Assembly (NCBI GenBank): GCA_039714935.1
Contig: JBDLIJ010000003.1
Coordinates: 1 to 38,690 of the forward strand
Length of the DNA: 38,690 bases
Direction of reading: 5' to 3'
From: Bacteroidota bacterium
GTDB lineage: Bacteria; Bacteroidota; Bacteroidia; Bacteroidales; B18-G4
The translations under genes and the position numbers were made by a program. Below, in pieces: positions 26,751 to 34,504 of this stretch. The notes below the pieces were generated by a model. The model was given only the letters and a program-made list of their open reading frames with translations, was not told the DNA's origin and made no database searches. Within the stretch, counting starts at the first letter, position 1. Each line of letters begins with the position of its first letter.

Positions 26751-28754
26751 TTAGTTTTTTATAAATTTTTTAATCAGGTGTTGTCTTTGACCATCCCAGT
26801 TTATACTCATCATGTATAGTCCCGGACTAAGATTATTGACGGGAATCACTATATTATCCAGTCCCTCTTCAATTATTCTTTCACCATGGTATACACTTTG
26901 CCCGGTCATATTAATGATATTCATGGAAAGCAGTAATGGTTTTCTGGCAGATAATTGCAAAGTAAGATTATTAATCACCGGATTAGGATACAATGAATAC
27001 ATCTGAACTGCTGCATCCGGCTCTTCAAGGCCGAAGGGTGAAGCATTATACATTTCAATTAATATGGTATCGTTAAGGGGGAATTCTTCAGTAATAATAA
27101 CAGATTCGGGCTGTGACCAAATGCCTGCTACATCAGCATGAAGCAGGTAACTTCCCAGTGCGATGCCGGTGAATTCAAAGCCCCCGTACTCATCTGTGAC
27201 AGTCCATTCCAGAGGCGTGGAATTTTGATCTGCCAGGATAACAGGGACTTCGTGGAATGAGGAATGAATTTCAACTCCCTGCCTGTCTCCGGATACGACC
27301 CTGCCACGCAGTATCCCCGGCCCTGGTCCCACATGTTGTACCTCCCAAAGTGAAGTGTTCATTTCATACATGTCATCATTCAGCGTAAAAATATCTGCCT
27401 CCTGCCATCCCATCACTCCCGGGAAATAAGAAGGTATAAAGTCTTCATAGTGGTCTGAGCCCGGACTGAGGCTTATCCTGATCATGTAGTTTAATTCCAT
27501 CATGTTGGAGAACCAGTAATAGCCCAGTTCATGAAATTCATTTGTATCTACAGCTACAACTCCCTGATTGCTTTGCTGCCTGTATAAGATCGCAATGCCG
27601 GTATCCCCTGAGGGGTAAGGGTTATTGATCGGATTTTCACCTATAAAGGCCAATCCGCCTAGCTGGAAATAATCTGCTGTTTGAATGAGCATACAATAAG
27701 AATCACTACATCCCGGATAATTGCTGTTCCAGGTAGTAAGGCATATTTCATAGGTGCCGGCATCATCATACACATGCACAGGATCTTGTTCATGTGAGAT
27801 ATTACCATCTCCAAACTTCCAGAGCCATCCGTCAGGATTTCCGCTGCTCATGTCATAAAAATTGTATTTATACATCACATTACTTGCTGAATCAGCAACA
27901 GCAATAAATTCAGCCTCACAGTGGATAGAATCTTCTAGGACAATTGTTTCACAGATGAAGTGCAGACAAGTCTGGCTTGTGTCACTGTTTTCTACTTTTA
28001 AACATACAAGGTATTCTGATGGCTGTGAATAAGTGTGTACAGGATTCCTTTCATTGGAGATCGTTCCATCGCCAAAATCCCACTCCCAGTCGGTGATATT
28101 TCCTGTTGAAGCATCGTAATAGTGAACCATCAGGGGGTTCTCTTCATCGATGCTATAATTGAATGTAGCTTCACAGTCGAGGGAGTCCGGAATAATCACT
28201 GTTTTACAGATGGAGTCAGAACAAGTGTACAGGCTGTCTGCATGTTCAATGATAAGACAGACATTGTAAGTTCCCGGATCATAATAAGGATGTACGGGAT
28301 GTTGTTCGGTGGAGGAGGTCCCATCACCAAAATCCCATAACCAGGCGTCAGGATATCCTGTTGAGAGATCTGTAAACTGAACGTAAGTTGGAGTTGTTGG
28401 AACGTAGGTTATTTCAAAATCCGCCTGGCATTGCTGTTGTACTACCACAGTATCACAATAAACATCATAGCAGTTGATGTCATCGCTGATAGTAAGGCAG
28501 ACATAATATATCCCGGTCTCACTGAATGCGTGCATAGGATTATATTCTCCTGATGTTGTGCCATCACCGAAATCCCACATCCAGGTGCTGAACTCACCCG
28601 TTGATTGATTATGGAATTGGATAGTTGAATTAAAACCAGGTAATTGTTCCCAGGTAAAATAGCTCGTGCAGTCAAGGGGCCCCGGGCTGTATGCTGTTAT
28701 CCAGAGCGGCAGTGTCGCAAAGATGAATGCTAATGTCAGGATTTTATGCTTCAT
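26751..28754 (-). CDS. T9SS-secreted multi-PKD protein (4 PKD domains, conserved PSY module, CTD)
   Basis: Four W.W.FGDG..S.E..P.H repeats, FIPSYF...W, TDEYG.F.F..I..G.Y, CTD LYPNP...GLY...KKFIKN. Confidence 0.88.
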   Translation of the reverse strand: MKHKILTLAFIFATLPLWITAYSPGPLDCTSYFTWEQLPGFNSTIQFHNQSTGEFSTWMWDFGDGTTSGEYNPMHAFSETGIYYVCLTISDDINCYDVYCDTVVVQQQCQADFEITYVPTTPTYVQFTDLSTGYPDAWLWDFGDGTSSTEQHPVHPYYDPGTYNVCLIIEHADSLYTCSDSICKTVIIPDSLDCEATFNYSIDEENPLMVHYYDASTGNITDWEWDFGDGTISNERNPVHTYSQPSEYLVCLKVENSDTSQTCLHFICETIVLEDSIHCEAEFIAVADSASNVMYKYNFYDMSSGNPDGWLWKFGDGNISHEQDPVHVYDDAGTYEICLTTWNSNYPGCSDSYCMLIQTADYFQLGGLAFIGENPINNPYPSGDTGIAILYRQQSNQGVVAVDTNEFHELGYYWFSNMMELNYMIRISLSPGSDHYEDFIPSYFPGVMGWQEADIFTLNDDMYEMNTSLWEVQHVGPGPGILRGRVVSGDRQGVEIHSSFHEVPVILADQNSTPLEWTVTDEYGGFEFTGIALGSYLLHADVAGIWSQPESVIITEEFPLNDTILIEMYNASPFGLEEPDAAVQMYSLYPNPVINNLTLQLSARKPLLLSMNIINMTGQSVYHGERIIEEGLDNIVIPVNNLSPGLYMMSINWDGQRQHLIKKFIKN

Positions 28755-28769
28755 ATTTAAGTTATTTCA

Positions 28770-30089
28770 TTAAAAGTGAAAATAGATCCCTCCCCTGATG
28801 CCAAACGCATAAGGTGATCTTGCTGAATACTCTGAAGTGCTTGAATACACTGATTTAATGTATTGCCTGTAAAAGGGCTCCAGTGTAAACCTCAGCTGTC
28901 GGTTAATATGGTAGTTCATTCCCAATGAAGCAGAATATTGCCAGTTGCTCCTTAGCCTGTCTGGATAATGCCTTATCACTTCAATCTCATCAACATCGTT
29001 GCCCTGGTAAGGGGCTTCCGGAACATCCTTATATATCTGTATTGAGAATAATATACCCAGTTTCATATCCAGTGAAAAACGGTCCTTCTCAATAATCCTG
29101 TATCCCATTCTGACCGGAATCTGAAGGTATGCATACTTATTTGTATTTTCTTCAATCCTGTAATGCTCAATGCTATCATAGATGCTTTTTAGGCTGGTTT
29201 CAAATAGTATGGAATCAGGATTTTGTGGATCTATGCTAAATGAATTCACATTGACAAAATATCCGATGCTGTCAAATGTTGAGTATGTAATGCCATATTT
29301 TGCACTTTCTGATGTGTAATTGGCACCAAGCCCGCCTTCCATGATAAACCTTGATTTTTCGTAAGCGGCAGTCAGTTCCAGTGAATAATCATTGCGGTTT
29401 TGACCATCGGGATAAATATTAACAGCCGGGCTTACACCAGCACCAAAAAGCAAATCAGCTTTTTTTGTGTAACCATCTTTAATGCTCAGATCAAAAACAG
29501 GATCCTTAAAAGTCCTGGTTTCACCGAATTCCATCTCAATAGGTTCATCAAATTCAATAAGTGCGATTCTGTATTCAAGCAGGTCCAGCTTTTCATATTC
29601 AGGGGATGAAATTTCGGCAGCTTGTGCTTTCTCATCCGAGCTCTTCTCATCCGGATGTTCTGCTTTTTCTATGGCTTCCGTTGACGGCAGAGTTGATCTC
29701 AAATCCGTGGCTTCCGGTGTTTTAATATTGTCATTAGTATTTTCGTTCACCGGTACTGCTTCGGTTTCTGAGTTTATTGCCTTGCTTACAGGATCTTTGG
29801 AAGATTGCTCCTCACCACCGGCAGTAATTTCCGTATGGCTGGCTGAGGTATTTGAGATTTCGGCAGCAGTCTCAGGCATCAGTTTGTCAGAGATGATACT
29901 GGTATTCAAAAATAAAGAGAGTACGCCAATAGCAACGGCAGATACCAGGAACATGAGCATGTTTCCACCGCTTGTTGAAGGAACATGTGACGATAATGAA
30001 GCCCATACACTTTTTGTTGGCTCTATCTTATGCCCGCTCAACGACTCATTAAAGAGTTTGTCAATACTATGCTTTCGTTCATCTTTCAT
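28770..30089 (-). CDS. Putative dual-membrane-spanning anti-sigma factor (N-terminal domain, TM helix, low-complexity linker, OM beta-barrel)
   Basis: IDKLF...L.....EP...VW N-terminus; TM MLMFLVSAVAIGVLSLFL; S/T/E/A-rich linker; PorT-like barrel (YAYLQIP, LEPFYRQY) ending in Phe (GIYFHF); ATGA overlap with the upstream ECF gene. Confidence 0.75.
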   Translation of the reverse strand: MKDERKHSIDKLFNESLSGHKIEPTKSVWASLSSHVPSTSGGNMLMFLVSAVAIGVLSLFLNTSIISDKLMPETAAEISNTSASHTEITAGGEEQSSKDPVSKAINSETEAVPVNENTNDNIKTPEATDLRSTLPSTEAIEKAEHPDEKSSDEKAQAAEISSPEYEKLDLLEYRIALIEFDEPIEMEFGETRTFKDPVFDLSIKDGYTKKADLLFGAGVSPAVNIYPDGQNRNDYSLELTAAYEKSRFIMEGGLGANYTSESAKYGITYSTFDSIGYFVNVNSFSIDPQNPDSILFETSLKSIYDSIEHYRIEENTNKYAYLQIPVRMGYRIIEKDRFSLDMKLGILFSIQIYKDVPEAPYQGNDVDEIEVIRHYPDRLRSNWQYSASLGMNYHINRQLRFTLEPFYRQYIKSVYSSTSEYSARSPYAFGIRGGIYFHF

Positions 30090-30655
30090 TTCGAACGGAT
30101 ATTGGGTTGCAAATTATATTTTTGCTGCAGTTTTTGCTGCAATTGGCGCCTCGCTTTAGCCAGTTGAGATTTTGATGTATTCACAGAAACACCCAACTCT
30201 TCAGCAATCTCTTTGTGCGAATAATTTTCAAATACATACATATTAAACACAAAACGGTACCCATCAGGTAAATCCTGTATCAAGCTTAATAATTCAGATC
30301 GTGAAGGTGCATTGCTGTAAACGCCGTTATCGTCATCATCTCCGGGCATGTCTACTATTTCGTCTACTCCGGATTTAAAATAATGCTTAAGATTAGCATG
30401 ATAATAACTCAATGAAGTATTAATCATAATCCGTTTAATCCAGCCTTCAAAAGAGCCCTCTCCCCTGAATTTATCAATGTTGGAGAATACTTTGATAAAC
30501 CCTTCATGGAGTATATCTTCTGCCTCCTCTCTTTGCTTACTGTAACGCATGCAAATACCAAGCATGGTAGATGCATATTTCTTGTATAGCAAGCCGAAAG
30601 CATTTCGTTCTCCTGATTTGCAGCCTTCTAATATTTCCTGATCTGGAACCATCAA
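30086..30655 (-). CDS. ECF-type RNA polymerase sigma-70 factor
   Basis: Region 2 AEDILHEGFIKVF...GSFEGWIKRIMINT; region 4 LPDGYRFVFNM...YSHKEIAEELGVSVNTSKSQL. Confidence 0.95.
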   Translation of the reverse strand: MMVPDQEILEGCKSGERNAFGLLYKKYASTMLGICMRYSKQREEAEDILHEGFIKVFSNIDKFRGEGSFEGWIKRIMINTSLSYYHANLKHYFKSGVDEIVDMPGDDDDNGVYSNAPSRSELLSLIQDLPDGYRFVFNMYVFENYSHKEIAEELGVSVNTSKSQLAKARRQLQQKLQQKYNLQPNIRSK

Positions 30656-30673
30656 AAAACTTAACTGTTTTTA

Positions 30674-30699
30674 AGACTGTCAGATACACTAAAGGTTGC
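30674..30699 (-). promoter_or_regulatory. Putative autoregulatory ECF promoter (GCAACC-N16-GTCT)
   Basis: Minus strand GCAACCtttagtgtatctgacaGTCT, about 20 nt upstream of the sigma start. Confidence 0.65.
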
Positions 30700-30753
30700 C
30701 TGCATTAATATATAATACTAACAGACATATATTCCTTCAATTTCACCGGCATT

Positions 30754-30791
30754 AAAAAAGGCATCCCTGTAATACTAACGGATGCCTTTTT
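30754..30791. terminator. Bidirectional Rho-independent terminator separating the two ECF cassettes
   Basis: AAAAAGGCATCC...GGATGCCTTTTT inverted repeat with A/T tracts on both sides. Confidence 0.8.
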
Positions 30792-30811
30792 CTAGATTAA
30801 TACTGAAGCCA

Positions 30812-32428
30812 TTAATTGACTTTTATAAACGGTTTAATATGTTTTTCATTTCCTGTCAGCACCATCACACGATACATCCCTGATGAAAATTGGGATAAAT
30901 CAAATTGAACAGTGTGCTTGCCTGATATATAATAATCCATTTGTTTATCTACTACCTGTCCGTCTTGATTAAGAACAAAGAATTGAACCTGAGATGCTTT
31001 TGCAATATTAAACTCAAGCCTGGTCAATGACCGGGCGGGATTCGGATAGAGCTCGCCAAGTCCGGCAATGGTATTCACGGGTACTTCGATGCCATATGAC
31101 ATCTCATCATCATAAACAACAATGCTAAGGTTCTCAATGGAAGGATTACTTGCAGATAATGTAATGCTTGTCGGATAAGTATACTTCCCCGGGACTTCAG
31201 CCAGTACCTTATAAGTGCCATACGGAAGTTCTATAAACTCAAAGCCTCCCTCTTTATCCGATTTGATATATGTAAGGCAATTATCTGCCTCATTAAATAA
31301 TATGACTTCAACATTGTTCAGAGCTGCATTGTCCTTGTCTTCCAAAGTAACGATCCCGTCAATTGTACCATCTCCGCTTGTATATGTATAATTAGGGATC
31401 ATTTGAATATCATAATTATGATTATTGGCAGTAAGGTTTATTGTTTGTGCCTTTGTCCATAATAATTCATCACCGTAATAGGTGGGGAGATATTCTCCGG
31501 CATTTACTGAATTTGTTGAGGGGAATGTCTTAACTTTATAATCACCTTCAATTAAAGCGTGATAGCCATAATAGCCGTACTGATCAAATTCGGTGGTGTC
31601 GATGGGGATGAACTCGTCATTTTCGATTTTATAAAGGTATGCCAGACCGATATCAACAGGAAAATAACCTGCAAAAGCCTGTCCGCCAAAATCAAAATAT
31701 TGCCGCATGCCGGCACCCACTTTTTTCACGATGGTGCTTGTCCTGATATCATTAGTGATCGCATCGTTTGATACAGTAAGTACGACATCATATATGCCTG
31801 CGTTCATGTATCTATGCTGAGGATATCGTTCTGTAGAAGCGGTACCGTCACCAAAATCCCAGAACCAGGAAACAATCCCTTCACCAATGGATTCATCCAA
31901 AAAGAGAAAGCTCAATGAGTCGAGTGTAACAGTATCTTTCAGGACTTCAAAATTTGCCTGAAAGTCGGTTAAAGTATTAGGGTCAATGATCTCAAGGCCT
32001 GTATTCATATGGTATTCAGAATACCAGTTAAACCTGAAGAATTCTTCTTTTTCATATTCTTCACTGAATTCATCAAAGGTGTAGATAATAAGTGACCCGT
32101 CGATAACAGCAGTGCTGATGGTATCGTAGAAAAACCCGTATGCATCCGTATAAGCAGCAAGAAAGTAATTAAATCCCCCGTTGTATTCTGAATTTGATTC
32201 AATGTATACCGCCTGTCCCGCAACAGGTGCCCCGTTTTCAATATTAGTGATCTGCCCTGCCAGGTAAATGTAATTTGCATTTTCCTGGGCGAAGGTTGTT
32301 GTAATGGAGATGACCAGTAGCATCATAAAAGGCAACAGAAGCTTATTAAGCCAGGGCTTTTTCGGGCTGCGGGCCTGCCTCAAGCGGAGCGGAAAACGGG
32401 GGTGATATAGTTTCATGGCCGGGTTCAT
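30812..32428 (-). CDS. T9SS-secreted PKD protein (carboxypeptidase-regulatory-like domain, 1 PKD, PTYY module, CTD)
   Basis: Signal-like hydrophobic stretch, LAGQITN.ENG.P, WFWDFGDG, YLPTYYGD..LW, SDKEG.F.F..L.YG.Y, CTD LYPNP...GMY...KPFIKVN. The start overlaps the upstream stop (TAATG). Confidence 0.87.
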   Translation of the reverse strand: MNPAMKLYHPRFPLRLRQARSPKKPWLNKLLLPFMMLLVISITTTFAQENANYIYLAGQITNIENGAPVAGQAVYIESNSEYNGGFNYFLAAYTDAYGFFYDTISTAVIDGSLIIYTFDEFSEEYEKEEFFRFNWYSEYHMNTGLEIIDPNTLTDFQANFEVLKDTVTLDSLSFLFLDESIGEGIVSWFWDFGDGTASTERYPQHRYMNAGIYDVVLTVSNDAITNDIRTSTIVKKVGAGMRQYFDFGGQAFAGYFPVDIGLAYLYKIENDEFIPIDTTEFDQYGYYGYHALIEGDYKVKTFPSTNSVNAGEYLPTYYGDELLWTKAQTINLTANNHNYDIQMIPNYTYTSGDGTIDGIVTLEDKDNAALNNVEVILFNEADNCLTYIKSDKEGGFEFIELPYGTYKVLAEVPGKYTYPTSITLSASNPSIENLSIVVYDDEMSYGIEVPVNTIAGLGELYPNPARSLTRLEFNIAKASQVQFFVLNQDGQVVDKQMDYYISGKHTVQFDLSQFSSGMYRVMVLTGNEKHIKPFIKVN

Positions 32429-33666
32429 TAAAAGTTAAATAGTAGTCCTGTCCTTAATCCCAGGGAGTAAGGATGGCGGGTGCTTATATATTTACGTTCG
32501 TATTGTGAATTCAGGTAATACCTGAACGTTGGTTCTATTGCGATACTCACCTTATTTGACAACTGGTAAGTCATCCCTGCACTAAAAGCAAATTGCCAGT
32601 ATGTATTTACCCTTGAGGCCATTTGCTGATCGAGTCCAATGATCCTGTCATTGCCTGCATCCGGGTGTGGGATGTTCTCTCTCATAAGAAGTGAGAAAAC
32701 CGGACCACCTTTCACAAACCATCCAAAACGATCAGTTTGCTTATGGAAGCCTACATAAACCGGAATCTGCAGATAGGTGTAATGATTTTTTGTTTTTTCA
32801 AGCTTGTAGGTGCTGATTGAATCGTACACATTTACTACATTGGTATGGTATGTAGGAACAATGGAGCCGTTGTTAAGGGTGTCATAAGTAACATTATACA
32901 CATCATCATAGGATCCCAGGAATTTTTCATAATCGATATTATATTTCCCGTCATCAGATGAGAAGGAAAGTCCCAGTCCGGATTCAATAAAGAATTCATT
33001 CTTAGTCCATTTCAGGCTCGCATCAAAAGTATAACTGCGCTGGTTAGGGATGGAATCATCAGCATAAAAGCTTACCAGGGGAGTAAAAAACATACCCCAC
33101 TGCCATGAAGCTTTGCGGTTATATCTTTGTTCGTCATTGTTCACCCCTGCGAATCTGGGATGATATTTGCTGTCGCGTACACTAATGTTTTTTGTATCGG
33201 CTGTTTTCAGAGAGGTGTGAACAGAGAATGACCTTCTGGATTTCATCTTTGCCAGGTGTGATCCTTCACTGAATGAAGGCGCATAATTCGTATTGGCAGA
33301 TACGGCATGCAGGGTGTAATGTTGTATATCTGAGTCTGATGTTCTGTCTTTTTCGTTTGCAGGAATATTTATATTGACTGAGGGCTGTGCGGTGTTTGAA
33401 AAATTGCTGGTCTCGAGTGCTTCGGGAGCTGCAAACACAATAATGCTGTCAGATTGGGGAGCATCTTTCATAATGCTGAATCCTAAAAGGCCGGAGATGA
33501 GCACAAGGGCGGCCAGCATAGCAAGGTTAACCGGGTTTACAGAACCACCATTCTTCCCATGCAACTCATGATGGACATTGTTCCATACGGTTGCAGGTGG
33601 TTCAGCTTCAAAACCGGAAAACTTGCTTTGAAACAGCGTGTCCAGGTATTTGTTTTCTTCAGTCAC
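32428..33666 (-). CDS. Second putative dual-membrane-spanning anti-sigma factor with a C-terminal OM beta-barrel
   Basis: LDTLF...F..FEAEPP..VW; TM LAMLAALVLISGLLGFSIM; polar linker; YTYLQIP, IEPTFRYY, ends GLLFNF. The likely start is GTG 33666, overlapping the sigma stop, rather than ATG 33702. Confidence 0.75.
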   Translation of the reverse strand: MTEENKYLDTLFQSKFSGFEAEPPATVWNNVHHELHGKNGGSVNPVNLAMLAALVLISGLLGFSIMKDAPQSDSIIVFAAPEALETSNFSNTAQPSVNINIPANEKDRTSDSDIQHYTLHAVSANTNYAPSFSEGSHLAKMKSRRSFSVHTSLKTADTKNISVRDSKYHPRFAGVNNDEQRYNRKASWQWGMFFTPLVSFYADDSIPNQRSYTFDASLKWTKNEFFIESGLGLSFSSDDGKYNIDYEKFLGSYDDVYNVTYDTLNNGSIVPTYHTNVVNVYDSISTYKLEKTKNHYTYLQIPVYVGFHKQTDRFGWFVKGGPVFSLLMRENIPHPDAGNDRIIGLDQQMASRVNTYWQFAFSAGMTYQLSNKVSIAIEPTFRYYLNSQYERKYISTRHPYSLGLRTGLLFNF

Positions 33667-34198
33667 CTTTAACTTTGTTTTTAAGTTTACCCTGAAGGAC
33701 ACCCTTTGCCCGCGATAATTGCGATTTTGAGGTGTTTTCAGAGATATTCAGCATTTCGCCAATCTCCTTATGCGTATATCCTTCAATAACGTTGAGGTTG
33801 AATACCATGCGGTAACCGTCAGGGAGCTCCTGTATATATCCCAGTAACTCTTTGACCGACAACTTGTCGATGGCACTCTCTTCATCATGATTGATGGGCT
33901 CGGTCTGCTCAAGGCTGATGTCTTTCTGGTATTTAACCTTCTTCTTATAAAAGTTAATGGCGGTATTTACCATCGTTTTCCGGATCCAGCCTTCAAGCGA
34001 CCCGTCACTTCTATAATCTTTCAGATACCTGAATACCTTGATAAAGCCTTCCTGCAAAACGTCCTCTGCTTCCATCTGGCTACGTGTGTAACGCAGGCAG
34101 ATGCCGAACATTTTAGGCGCAAATCGCTTGTATAACTTTCCCTGTGCTTTGGGATCATTATCAAGACACCGTACTATGAAGTCCTCATCAAAATGCAT
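33659..34198 (-). CDS. ECF-type RNA polymerase sigma-70 factor (paralog of 30086..30655)
   Basis: AEDVLQEGFIKVF...GSLEGWIRK.MVNT; LPDGYRMVFNL..IEGYTHKEIG..L.ISENTSKSQLSRA. Start taken at ATG 34198 (MHFDEDFI). Confidence 0.95.
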   Translation of the reverse strand: MHFDEDFIVRCLDNDPKAQGKLYKRFAPKMFGICLRYTRSQMEAEDVLQEGFIKVFRYLKDYRSDGSLEGWIRKTMVNTAINFYKKKVKYQKDISLEQTEPINHDEESAIDKLSVKELLGYIQELPDGYRMVFNLNVIEGYTHKEIGEMLNISENTSKSQLSRAKGVLQGKLKNKVKGD

Positions 34199-34424
34199 AA
34201 AACACCAGCACAACACTTCTCAGTATTGGCCGAATATGAATGTTAAAACCCTGATCCAGACATAATTACATGCCGATCAGATATTATTTATCCAAGTAAA
34301 GATAAGGAAATTCTTACTCGAAGAGTATCAAAATCCGGATTTTTTGGTTTTAACATCGCGCGCTATTATTTTATGCATAATGGTTCTTCTTCTATTAAAA
34401 GAACAATATTGCAATATATCCCCT

Positions 34425-34452
34425 AGACAAACTTCAGGTCAAAAAGGTTGCA
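34425..34452 (-). promoter_or_regulatory. Putative ECF promoter (TGCAACC-N17-GTCT)
   Basis: Minus strand TGCAACCtttttgacctgaagtttGTCT, between the RND stop and the sigma gene. Confidence 0.6.
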
Positions 34453-34504
34453 TGGGGGTTAAAAATAGCCTTAAGAATCAGGTTTGTCCTGCCGGCAGTG
34501 CTAT

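Noticed and set aside
29482-30159. 225-aa plus-strand ORF
   Set aside because: It is an antisense shadow of the anti-sigma linker and sigma gene; Ser-rich with no motifs.
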